This document shows, piece after piece, positions 53,437 to 62,066 of a stretch of DNA of 64,000 nucleotides. This stretch comes from Polynucleobacter sp. (GTDB taxonomy: Bacteria > Pseudomonadota > Gammaproteobacteria > Burkholderiales > Burkholderiaceae). The notes beneath the pieces are model-generated. The model saw only the letters and a program-made list of their open reading frames with translations, was not told the origin of the DNA and ran no database searches. The DNA lies in NCBI GenBank assembly GCA_034680725.1, contig JAXIUI010000008.1, positions 5,450-69,449 on the forward strand, in the 5' to 3' direction. How positions within the stretch are numbered: position 1 is the first letter of the stretch; each line of letters starts with the position of its first letter. The position numbers were made by a program, and so were the translations under genes.

Positions 53437-54509
53437 CAAACTATTTGCCCTAAATTGAAGATGGGTAGATACAGAATTATGACTAATCCACCAATCACAA
53501 AGCCAACAAAAAGAATCAGAAAAGGCTCTAAGTTATGGCTCAGTAAATTGAGTTTATTGCTCAGTTGTTGATCTAGAGTATTTGCGCGTTTGCCTAGAAT
53601 CTCAGACAGGGATCCACTTTGTGCGGCAATATGCAGTAGCAATAGGGTTTCAGTATCCATTAAAAGGGAATGAGGATCTGATTTTTTGAGCGCCTCACTC
53701 ATCGGAGAGCCACGAGTGAGATGTTTAAATATTTCAGCGCTAAAGTCATGACTGACCCAATGGTTAGAGGATTGCGCCGTTACTCGAAGTGCATCAGGAA
53801 GTGCTAGTCCTGCATTAATGAGATGTCCTAAAGTTCGACACCAATGGCCTAGTGTAGCCAGTCTAAATAAATTCCCTAGCAATGGTATTTTTAAGATGAG
53901 GCGATCGCAATATCGCTGTACGGTAATGAGCTTATGCCATGAAAATACGAAAGAAATCATGATGCATACGCTGATGCTCAATAACTCAATACAGTACTGT
54001 TCAATAGCTTCAGAGATCGAAATCAGAATCAGCGTCGGCGCGGGAAGTTCTGCTTGAAAATTAGCAAACACTTCTTTGAAGACCGGAACTACCCAAAGCA
54101 TCATCACAATCACTAAAGCACCCGAGGTCCCAAGCGTGATGAGAGGATAGCTGAGAGATTGAGCTATTTTGCGACGTAATTCAATTTGAGCCTCTAACTG
54201 TTTTGTGATCGTGGCGAGCGCTAAACCCAGATCTCCAGAGCGTTCACTGACTCGAATCAGATTTGTAAAATCTTGAGAAAACTTTCCAGTTTTGCTTCCC
54301 AAGCAATACGAGAGGCTATTGCCATTTTGTAAGTGGAGGCGAACTTGCTTTAACCAGCCCTGCCAAGACTTGGGGCTAGACTGGGTGATTATTTCAATAG
54401 CGTTGAGTAGTGGTAATCCTGCTTGAATTAAGGAGAGAAGTTGCTGCGCAAAATTCAGTTGCTCAAGCTGGCTGAGCTCCTGATTTGAAATGAAATTTTT
54501 CAATGCCAT
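53436..54509 (-). CDS. pilC: Type IV pilus/T2SS platform protein (PilC/GspF family), N-terminally short
   Basis: QL..L..AGLPL..A, E.SG.L, L.YP, LEP...Y.PIF..G two-lobe GspF pattern. Confidence 0.85.
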   Translation of the reverse strand: MALKNFISNQELSQLEQLNFAQQLLSLIQAGLPLLNAIEIITQSSPKSWQGWLKQVRLHLQNGNSLSYCLGSKTGKFSQDFTNLIRVSERSGDLGLALATITKQLEAQIELRRKIAQSLSYPLITLGTSGALVIVMMLWVVPVFKEVFANFQAELPAPTLILISISEAIEQYCIELLSISVCIMISFVFSWHKLITVQRYCDRLILKIPLLGNLFRLATLGHWCRTLGHLINAGLALPDALRVTAQSSNHWVSHDFSAEIFKHLTRGSPMSEALKKSDPHSLLMDTETLLLLHIAAQSGSLSEILGKRANTLDQQLSNKLNLLSHNLEPFLILFVGFVIGGLVIILYLPIFNLGQIV

Positions 54510-55570
54510 GTACCCACCTCAGAATCTAAGGTGGCTTGATCAATCAATCCTGCTTTTACAGCTTGAATTCCCGCGGAATAAAGATTTAAATAGATGGCCG
54601 ATGAAAAAATTTGTTGGCCCTCTAATACTTCATGAACTCCTATTCGACCAAAATATCCCGAACCATGACAATGAGGACATGGAGTAACTTGAGACGGGTT
54701 AATGCACTGTGTGCAAAGCTGGCGAACAAGTCTTTGGGAGCTAACACAGCGCAGGCAAGATTCGATGGCCTCGAAATCAACCCCTAAGTTTCTGAGGCGA
54801 GTCAATGCACCTGAAGCATTACGAGTATGCAGAGTGCTAAGGACAAGGTGCCCCGTTTGAGCAGCTTGAATTGCCAATTGAGCACTAGCAGCATCGCGTA
54901 TTTCACCGATCATGATGACATCAGGATCTTGTCGTAGCAAAGCGCGAATGATCGTAGGAAAGTCTAAACCAGCACGCGGATGGTAAGCCACTTGATTAAT
55001 CCCTGATAGTTGAATTTCAATAGGATCTTCAATTGAGCAAATATTGCGATGTACTTGATTAAGTTCATGCAGACAGCTATATAAGGTGCGTGTTTTACCG
55101 CTTCCCGTAGGGCCTGTGACCAGTATTAAGCCGTTGGTTTGGCGGAGCGCATTGCGAAATATATAAAGCTGTTCTGGTAATAATCCAAGCTTTTCAAGAG
55201 ATAGATTTTCTAAATTATTCGGCAGTATACGAACAACCGCTTTTTCGCCATGAAGCGTCGGAATGATGGAAACTCGGCAGTCGGTATCAGGTTTACTGAA
55301 ATCATGACCAATAGATAAGCGACCATCTTGAGGAATTCTTTTTTCAGCAATATCTAGGCGCGCCAATATTTTGATGCGCGTAATTAAGCGCTCGTGTAGG
55401 TTAATGGGGTATTGGCCTTGTTTAATGAGTTGCCCGTCAACTCTCAGACGTACTTCAGTTTTTAGAGCCCGAGGCTCTATGTGAATATCGCTTGCCCTGG
55501 AGCCTAAGGCATTTATAGTAATTTCATGCCAGGTGCGAACAATGAGAGAATCATGCTGTAAATCGCTCAA
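54500..55570 (-). CDS. pilB: Type IV pilus/T2SS assembly ATPase (PilB/GspE family), short form
   Basis: ASDIHIEP, RIPQDGR, GPTGSGKT, SIEDPIE, LRQDPDVIMIGEIRD, GHLVLSTLH, CTQC...CPHC. Confidence 0.85.
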   Translation of the reverse strand: MSDLQHDSLIVRTWHEITINALGSRASDIHIEPRALKTEVRLRVDGQLIKQGQYPINLHERLITRIKILARLDIAEKRIPQDGRLSIGHDFSKPDTDCRVSIIPTLHGEKAVVRILPNNLENLSLEKLGLLPEQLYIFRNALRQTNGLILVTGPTGSGKTRTLYSCLHELNQVHRNICSIEDPIEIQLSGINQVAYHPRAGLDFPTIIRALLRQDPDVIMIGEIRDAASAQLAIQAAQTGHLVLSTLHTRNASGALTRLRNLGVDFEAIESCLRCVSSQRLVRQLCTQCINPSQVTPCPHCHGSGYFGRIGVHEVLEGQQIFSSAIYLNLYSAGIQAVKAGLIDQATLDSEVGTWH

Positions 55571-56856
55571 GTAATATTGGGCTGATTATTTGGGCGATAG
55601 AGTTTGACGGTTTTAACGCTATGCTCATCAAACTGCACAATTTCCATAACAACATCAGCAATGCGAATGCTAACGTCATGATCTGGGATAGCTTCCAATT
55701 TTTCTAAGATGAGGCCATTTAAAGTACGTGGCCCATCTAAAGGTAAATCTAAATTGAGCAGACGATTTAAATCACGCAGGGCTGCTGTACCACTAGCGAG
55801 ATACGTTCCATCTGCCAGCCAGTGTGGCTCGTTAGAGAGATTAGAAAACGAGGTTGTAAATTCGCCAATAAGCTCTTCAACAATATCTTCAAATGTGACT
55901 AGTCCAAGAACTTCACCATATTCATTGACAACTAAGCTTAAGCGTTGCTGATTATCTTGGAAGAACTGCATTTGCTGTAACACTGGAGTTCCGCTCGGAA
56001 TAAAGTAGGGTTCATTGAGTAGTACTCTAAAGTCTTCATGGCAAAGCTCAGCATTACCGAGTAGGGATAGCGCTTTTTTGACGGAAAGAATTCCGATGAT
56101 CCGCTCTGCATCCCCATCACAAACGGGCAGTTTATTGTGGTAACAAGTTTCGAGTTGCTGTACTACCTCATCAATAGGTCTTGAGAGATCTAGTGCCTCA
56201 ATTTTTGATCTTGGCGTCATGATATCGTCGACAAGAATATTTTCTAGATTAAAGAGATTTAGCAAAATATTACGATGATGAGTCGATACAAAGCGATTTG
56301 ACTCAAGGACTAAGCTTCGCAATTCCTCTTTACTCATCGCTCTATTTTCTGTAGATGTTTCAAGTCGCAAGGCTTTCATCAGGCCAGAGACAAAGCTATT
56401 GATAAACCATAGGAGTGGTTTGAGAATATAGGTCAACGGCAGAATAATCCAGCCAACATTACTGGCTATCTTTTCCGGAAATGCAGTGCCTATGACCTTT
56501 GGAGTGATTTCACTGAAAATGATGATCAGTAAGGCCACTGTTAATGTAGCGATGGATAAAACGAGACCGCTATCACCAAAAATATGCAAAGCGACGCCTG
56601 TTACCAAAATAGGCAAGACGGTATTGATCAGATTATTTGAGATCAGCAGAACTGAGAGAAGCGAGTCAATGCGCTTTAATAGTCGCTCAGCAAGGGCTGC
56701 GCCACGATTGCCGTTATGGGCCATGGCGCGCAGGCGATGGCGATTGGCTGAAAGCATACTTGTTTCAGCCATGGAGAAAAAGCCAGAAAGAGCAAGTAAA
56801 AACAGGACTAAGGCGATTTGACCGATGAGGGGCCAATCATCAAAAAAAGTGTCCAT
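55567..56856 (-). CDS. HlyC/CorC (CNNM-CBS-CorC) family Mg/Co transporter
   Basis: FFS.AETS, EITPK, IMTPR, VNEYG...GLVT.EDIVEELIGE. Confidence 0.93.
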   Translation of the reverse strand: MDTFFDDWPLIGQIALVLFLLALSGFFSMAETSMLSANRHRLRAMAHNGNRGAALAERLLKRIDSLLSVLLISNNLINTVLPILVTGVALHIFGDSGLVLSIATLTVALLIIIFSEITPKVIGTAFPEKIASNVGWIILPLTYILKPLLWFINSFVSGLMKALRLETSTENRAMSKEELRSLVLESNRFVSTHHRNILLNLFNLENILVDDIMTPRSKIEALDLSRPIDEVVQQLETCYHNKLPVCDGDAERIIGILSVKKALSLLGNAELCHEDFRVLLNEPYFIPSGTPVLQQMQFFQDNQQRLSLVVNEYGEVLGLVTFEDIVEELIGEFTTSFSNLSNEPHWLADGTYLASGTAALRDLNRLLNLDLPLDGPRTLNGLILEKLEAIPDHDVSIRIADVVMEIVQFDEHSVKTVKLYRPNNQPNIT

Positions 56857-56996
56857 TCAGTACGCCTACAAAATAATCAGAAGAATCAATATAGCAAAGT
56901 ACGGTTTGACTAGCTATCGCAATGGCTGAGATGGATCGGAATGTATTCCGATATTCATGTCAGAATCTTCAACATGAGCTGCCTCTAAATTAAAAA

Positions 56997-57488
56997 ATGA
57001 CGACCAATTTAACGGAATATTGCGCGATATCTGCTCCTTTTGGGTGTTTGGGGGTAGAAACAGAGTTGATCGATGGTAGTTTGATTATTTCCAGGGTGGA
57101 TTATTTGCCACCCGATACTGTTTTAGTGCGCCCAGGTAATGATTTAGCCAAGTTGTTTGCAATGCAGTGCGAGCAATATTTTCAAAATCCAGCCTTTGTG
57201 TTTGATTTGCCAGTAAAGCCTGCTGGCACGATGCATCAGCAAAAAGTATGGCGTGCTGCGCAAGATATTCTGGTTGGCAAAACCCAAACTTATGGAGCGC
57301 TTGCTAAAAAAATTCGCAGTGGACCTCGCGCGGTGGGTACCGCTTGCGGTGCTAATCCGTATCCCTTAATTACGCCTTGTCACCGAGTTGTCTCAGCGCA
57401 GGGTATCGGGGGTTTTATGAAAGAAGATAATCCTGGTTTTTATCGCCAAGTGAAATTGTGGCTTTTAAAGCATGAAGGTGCACTTTAA
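56997..57488 (+). CDS. ogt: Methylated-DNA--protein-cysteine methyltransferase
   Basis: TYGALA, RAVGTACGANP, PCHRV active site. Confidence 0.93.
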   Translation: MTTNLTEYCAISAPFGCLGVETELIDGSLIISRVDYLPPDTVLVRPGNDLAKLFAMQCEQYFQNPAFVFDLPVKPAGTMHQQKVWRAAQDILVGKTQTYGALAKKIRSGPRAVGTACGANPYPLITPCHRVVSAQGIGGFMKEDNPGFYRQVKLWLLKHEGAL

Positions 57489-58477
57489 GGATTAAATGCA
57501 GCTATTTTCCTGAGTTGTCGTGAGCTTAGGTAGAAAAACATTTTCATTAGCAGGTCGCTGTGGGTGGCAATCTTGGTATAGCCATAGAACACCCAGACTG
57601 CATTTCTAGAGAGCTTCAAAGAGGTTTGATGAGGAAATCGCTCACGATTGGCAATTTTTTCCAGAGTCATTACAGCCAGCCCAAATGCTAAGAAACAAAA
57701 TTGTCTGATGCCATTTTCACTTTTGGGCACTAGAAAAATATAGCTAAGAGAGTTCTGGAGCTTTTTATATGCAATACCCAGTAAGGCTGTTTGCGTCATA
57801 TTGGCCGGCATCCAAGAAACGCCACGTGCGCGATCTTCGGGGGAATCTTTGAGGATATTGGTCATTTGAAGTGCCTGACCGAAATCAATTGCTAAGTGAT
57901 GTTGCCCGTCAATTTGCTTGGCAAACTCAGGAGAGTAGTTGCTAAAAATGGTAGTGAGCAGCTCGCCAACAACTCCTGCAACAACATAGCAGTACTTTTC
58001 AAATTCCTCCAGGTCCTTGAGCCCAGCTGCAGATTGTCGATTATGAAAGTGGGACATTCCCTCGGACATGATGGAGACGCAACGACTGATTGCAGTCTGA
58101 TCCTGATCTGGGAAGGTGTGCAAAATACGCAATACAGTTGGTGTGTGGGAAATCAGATCAAGCTCGTCAACGTTGGAATGTGTTTTTAAGGCATCCAGAC
58201 AGGGCTCAACAAATGATGCAACTGGACTGGAGCCAAGAACGGCCTCTAAAAATAACTGAGAGAGCCTTTGTTTGGTGCTGGGTGTGAGATCAGGCGCATC
58301 TTCAATCGTGTCAACAATACGACACAGCAGATAGGTGTTACCAACGGCAGCTTCAATTGCCGAAGGCAATAAGGGGATGGTGAGTGCAAAAGTTCGTGAT
58401 ACCGAACCCAAAATAGCCTTTTGATAGGCTAAATCACTTTTTTGACTCTCGATGGGGTGCTGATCTGCTGAATTCAC
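57485..58477 (-). CDS. Squalene/phytoene synthase family protein (single-enzyme squalene-synthase-like)
   Basis: VSRTFAL.I, YLLCRIVDTIED, YC..VAGVVG, LQMTNILKD..ED..RG..W.P. Confidence 0.85.
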   Translation of the reverse strand: MNSADQHPIESQKSDLAYQKAILGSVSRTFALTIPLLPSAIEAAVGNTYLLCRIVDTIEDAPDLTPSTKQRLSQLFLEAVLGSSPVASFVEPCLDALKTHSNVDELDLISHTPTVLRILHTFPDQDQTAISRCVSIMSEGMSHFHNRQSAAGLKDLEEFEKYCYVVAGVVGELLTTIFSNYSPEFAKQIDGQHHLAIDFGQALQMTNILKDSPEDRARGVSWMPANMTQTALLGIAYKKLQNSLSYIFLVPKSENGIRQFCFLAFGLAVMTLEKIANRERFPHQTSLKLSRNAVWVFYGYTKIATHSDLLMKMFFYLSSRQLRKIAAFNP

Positions 58478-58548
58478 CTCTGAATTATGTCAGACAGGAA
58501 AATCATCCCTTAACCCACTTTCATTTAATGCCATAAGTAACAAGGCCA

Positions 58549-58554
58549 TATAAT
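58549..58554 (+). promoter_or_regulatory. Candidate sigma70 -10 element of the SSS transporter
   Basis: Perfect TATAAT 31 nt before the ATG; GGGAG downstream. Confidence 0.5.
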
Positions 58555-58585
58555 TTGACCAAATTCATGAGGGAGCGATTGGGCG

Positions 58586-60001
58586 ATGCTGATTTGGTTT
58601 GTCATCATCTATTGGGTGGTATCGGTCGGCATTGGTCTGTGGGCCGCCCTCCGAGTAAAGAATACTGCCGATTTTGCTGCGGCCGGCCATAGCCTTCCTC
58701 TCCCGGTTGTCACTGCTACTGTTTTTGCCACTTGGTTTGGATCAGAGGCTGTTCTAGGGATTCCCGCAACTTTCCTGCAAGAGGGTTTAGGCGGCATTGT
58801 TTCCGACCCCTTTGGATCTTCTTTATGCCTGATCTTAGTCGGCCTTTTTTTCGCCCGGCATCTCTATAACCGCCGTATGTTGACGATTGGTGATTTCTTT
58901 CGGGAAAAGTATGGTCGCACGGTTGAGGTCTTAGTCACTTTATGTATCGTCGTTTCTTACCTTGGCTGGGTGGCAGCGCAGATCAAAGCGCTTGGCTTGA
59001 TATTTAACGTAGTTTCAGATGGTGGCATTACTCAAACTGCTGGGATGCTGATTGGGGCAGGAAGTGTATTGATTTACACCTTATTTGGCGGCATGTGGTC
59101 TGTAGCCATCACTGATTTTATTCAAATGATCATTATTGTTATTGGGATGCTCTATATCGGTGGAGAAATCACCTCTCAAACTGGTGGAATTAGTGTCGTG
59201 ATAGAGCATGCATCAGCAGCTGGACAGTTTTCTAATTTTTGGCCTGATATGAATCTAGCCTCAATCTTGGGATTTACAGCTGCGCTTTGCACCATGATGC
59301 TAGGTTCAATCCCGCAGCAAGATGTATTCCAGCGGATTACTTCCTCTAAAAATGTCAATATTGCTGTTCAGGCAGCCATCTTGGGAGGGGTGATGTATTT
59401 TATTTTCGCATTTGTCCCCCTGTATTTGGCCTATTCAGCTGTCATTATTAGCCCCGACTTAGTCAAGCAGTATTTGAATACGGATCCCCAAATGATCCTA
59501 CCTAAGTTGATTTTGAATCATGCCCCATTAATTGCCCAGGTGATGTTCTTCGGGGCCCTGCTTTCAGCAATCAAGAGTTGTGCAAGTGCAACCTTGCTGG
59601 CGCCCTCGGTAACCTTTGCTGAAAATATTGTCCGTGGCTTCTTTAAGCACTTATCTGATCAGGATCTTCTAAAAGTCATGCGAGTTACCGTCCTTTGTTT
59701 TACGGGCGTAGTCACTTTCTTTGCGATTAATTCACAATTATCCATCTTCAAGATGGTTGAAAATGCCTACAAAGTGACCCTGGTTGCCGCATTTGTCCCT
59801 TTGGCGTTTGGTGTTTACTGGTCTAAAGCAAATTCTTTGGGTGGCTTATTGGCGGTTATAGGCGGGCTGACGGTCTGGATTAGCTGCGAAGTGTTGTCTC
59901 CAAACGCCATTTTGCCCCCTCAACTGGCCGGTCTTTTTGCCAGCATTATTGGAATGTTAGTGGGTGGTTTTGTGCCTAGAGCAAAGCTAAATCTCATCTA
60001 A
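58586..60001 (+). CDS. Sodium:solute symporter (SLC5/SSS family)
   Basis: About 13 TM; ATVFATWFG, YT..GG.WSVA.TD..Q, LGSIPQQDVFQR, SA..S.A...LL. Confidence 0.92.
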   Translation: MLIWFVIIYWVVSVGIGLWAALRVKNTADFAAAGHSLPLPVVTATVFATWFGSEAVLGIPATFLQEGLGGIVSDPFGSSLCLILVGLFFARHLYNRRMLTIGDFFREKYGRTVEVLVTLCIVVSYLGWVAAQIKALGLIFNVVSDGGITQTAGMLIGAGSVLIYTLFGGMWSVAITDFIQMIIIVIGMLYIGGEITSQTGGISVVIEHASAAGQFSNFWPDMNLASILGFTAALCTMMLGSIPQQDVFQRITSSKNVNIAVQAAILGGVMYFIFAFVPLYLAYSAVIISPDLVKQYLNTDPQMILPKLILNHAPLIAQVMFFGALLSAIKSCASATLLAPSVTFAENIVRGFFKHLSDQDLLKVMRVTVLCFTGVVTFFAINSQLSIFKMVENAYKVTLVAAFVPLAFGVYWSKANSLGGLLAVIGGLTVWISCEVLSPNAILPPQLAGLFASIIGMLVGGFVPRAKLNLI

Positions 60002-60116
60002 GGGTAAGTACCTCTTAAATTTGCTCAAAAAATAGGCAAAATTATTATATTGCACCGCAAAATATTCTCATCTAATATTGCCCTAATTCAAAATTTTTTA
60101 TCTTTATGGAGTTCTT

Positions 60117-61136
60117 ATGAAAATCTGTGTGATCGGTGGAGGGGGCGCTATTGGCGGTTACCTTGCTGTGATGTTGGCGCGTGCCGGCAATGATGTAACA
60201 GTAGTTGCGCGAGGGGCAACCTTAGCGGCTATTAAAGAGCGTGGTCTTGCATTAATTATGGATGACCAGCCAGAGCCATTGGTAGCTCAAGTAAAAGCGG
60301 TAGAGAAAATTACTGATGTTGAAACTCCTGACGTGGTTATTTTGGCTGTCAAAGCCCATCAGGTTGAGCCAGTCATTGATGACTTAGCTGCGATCATGGG
60401 CCCAGAAACCATTCTCATTCCAATGCAAAACGGAATTCCTTGGTGGTATTTCCAAAAGCTGGGCGGTGAGTATCAAGATCATTCAGTGGAGACTGTAGAT
60501 GCTGGTGGTGCGGCCAAAAAGGCCATTAATCCAAATAACATCATCGGTTGTGTTGTGTACCCTGCAACCTTTACTCAGGCGCCAGGTGTCATTCGTCACG
60601 TTGAAGGCAATCGCTTCCCATTAGGCGAGTTGGACGGCAAACAAACAGAGCGTATTCAGAAAATGTCTGAAATGATGACTGCTGCTAGTTTTAAGTCACC
60701 GATTTTGGATGACATTCGCTCTGAAATTTGGTTAAAGCTATGGGGCAATATGACCTTTAACCCAATTAGCTCTTTGACACATGGCACCTTGGAAGGTATT
60801 TGCCAATATCCATTAACGAAAGAGCTAGCTCGCAACATGATGGCCGAAGCGCAAACGATCGCAGAGAAGTTGGGCGTTACTTTCCGCGTGGATATTGAGC
60901 GTCGTATTGCAGGCGCTGAAAAAGTGGGTAAACATAAAACTTCCATGTTGCAAGATTTGGAAGCTGGCCGCAGTTTAGAGATCGATGCTTTGTTGGGCTC
61001 AGTTATTGAGCTTGGCAAAATTACTGAAACTCCAACTCCATGTCTCAACACGGTTTTTGCCTTGACAAAGTATCTTGATGAGAATGTTCAAGCCTCTAAG
61101 GGTAGCTTAGCTTTACCATCCGTTTCAGGCTACTAA
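60117..61136 (+). CDS. Ketopantoate reductase family (PanE/ApbA-like) oxidoreductase
   Basis: GGGAIGG, QNGIPWW, W.KLWGN, TSMLQD, EID.LLG; GGAG SD. Confidence 0.88.
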   Translation: MKICVIGGGGAIGGYLAVMLARAGNDVTVVARGATLAAIKERGLALIMDDQPEPLVAQVKAVEKITDVETPDVVILAVKAHQVEPVIDDLAAIMGPETILIPMQNGIPWWYFQKLGGEYQDHSVETVDAGGAAKKAINPNNIIGCVVYPATFTQAPGVIRHVEGNRFPLGELDGKQTERIQKMSEMMTAASFKSPILDDIRSEIWLKLWGNMTFNPISSLTHGTLEGICQYPLTKELARNMMAEAQTIAEKLGVTFRVDIERRIAGAEKVGKHKTSMLQDLEAGRSLEIDALLGSVIELGKITETPTPCLNTVFALTKYLDENVQASKGSLALPSVSGY

Positions 61137-61181
61137 GCAAAAAGTAGGCTAACACTTTTCTTTTTAGAAGCATCAGCAATA

Positions 61182-61216
61182 AAAAACCCTCACCACGAAA
61201 TATGGTGAGGGTTTTT
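61182..61216. terminator. Bidirectional intrinsic terminator
   Basis: AAAAACCCTCACCA-CGAAATA-TGGTGAGGGTTTTT between the convergent PanE-like and FAH genes. Confidence 0.9.
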
Positions 61217-61240
61217 GTTTTTGGGGAAATTGTTCTGAAT

Positions 61241-62008
61241 TTACTCGAAGCGATTATCTAGTCTACCTACACCATCAATGATGATGCTGACGTTACTGCC
61301 AGGTTTCATGGAACCAACGCCTACAGAGGTTCCACAGGCGATGATGTCACCTGCTTGTAGTGGTACATCCTGAGAAATGAGGCTGACTAACTTTGCTGGT
61401 GGAAATACCATATCCGCCACAGGATAGTTTTGACGCTCTTGATCATTAAGGATTGTTTTAATAGTCAGCTTGCTAGGATCAACATCAGTAGTGATGTAAG
61501 GACCAAATACACCAAAAGTATTAAAACTCTTGGATCGAGTCCATTGCGCATAACCTGGATCACGGTTGAGAATCTCAATTGCTGTTACATCGTTAATGCA
61601 GGTGTAGCCAAAAATGGCTTTTGCTGCATCAGCTTCACTCGCCTCGTGACATGGTTTGCCAATGACGATACCCAGTTCGCCCTCATAAACCACTTTTCCG
61701 GAGTATGACTTGGGCGTGCGGATAACTTGGTTTGCTGCCAGAAAGGAGTTGTTGCCCTTCAGGAAGTAGAGTGGTTCAGCTGGTACTGCATGTTCTAGCT
61801 TAGTAACCAGCGCATGGAAGTTATCAACCATCGCAACCATCTTAGATGGAACGCAGGGGATATCAATCGTGACATCGGAGAGTTTTAGAGTTTCGCCAGT
61901 AGCTTGGGGATTATTAAATAGGTCTCCCGTAAAGACTGCTACTTGATCGCCTTGCACTTGCCCTAAACTTGTTTTACCAAGATGTTGAAATCTGAGCCAT
62001 TGAGCCAT
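61241..62008 (-). CDS. Fumarylacetoacetate hydrolase family protein
   Basis: EP.YFLK, YEGELGIVIG, NDVT, KSF.TFG.FGP, GDII.CGT; AGGAGA SD. Confidence 0.92.
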   Translation of the reverse strand: MAQWLRFQHLGKTSLGQVQGDQVAVFTGDLFNNPQATGETLKLSDVTIDIPCVPSKMVAMVDNFHALVTKLEHAVPAEPLYFLKGNNSFLAANQVIRTPKSYSGKVVYEGELGIVIGKPCHEASEADAAKAIFGYTCINDVTAIEILNRDPGYAQWTRSKSFNTFGVFGPYITTDVDPSKLTIKTILNDQERQNYPVADMVFPPAKLVSLISQDVPLQAGDIIACGTSVGVGSMKPGSNVSIIIDGVGRLDNRFE

Positions 62009-62066
62009 AATGAATTCTCCTAAAGAAGTTAATATTTGATAAACAATATCTTACAGGGATGTATTG

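Noticed and set aside
52939-55570. pilBCD as pseudogenes
   Set aside because: No frameshifts or internal stops, catalytic motifs are intact and gene junctions are tight, so they are reported as shortened CDSs.
56922-56993. 23-codon plus-strand ORF (MAEMDRNVF...) upstream of ogt
   Set aside because: No SD, no compositional signal, and it overlaps the putative operator and promoter.
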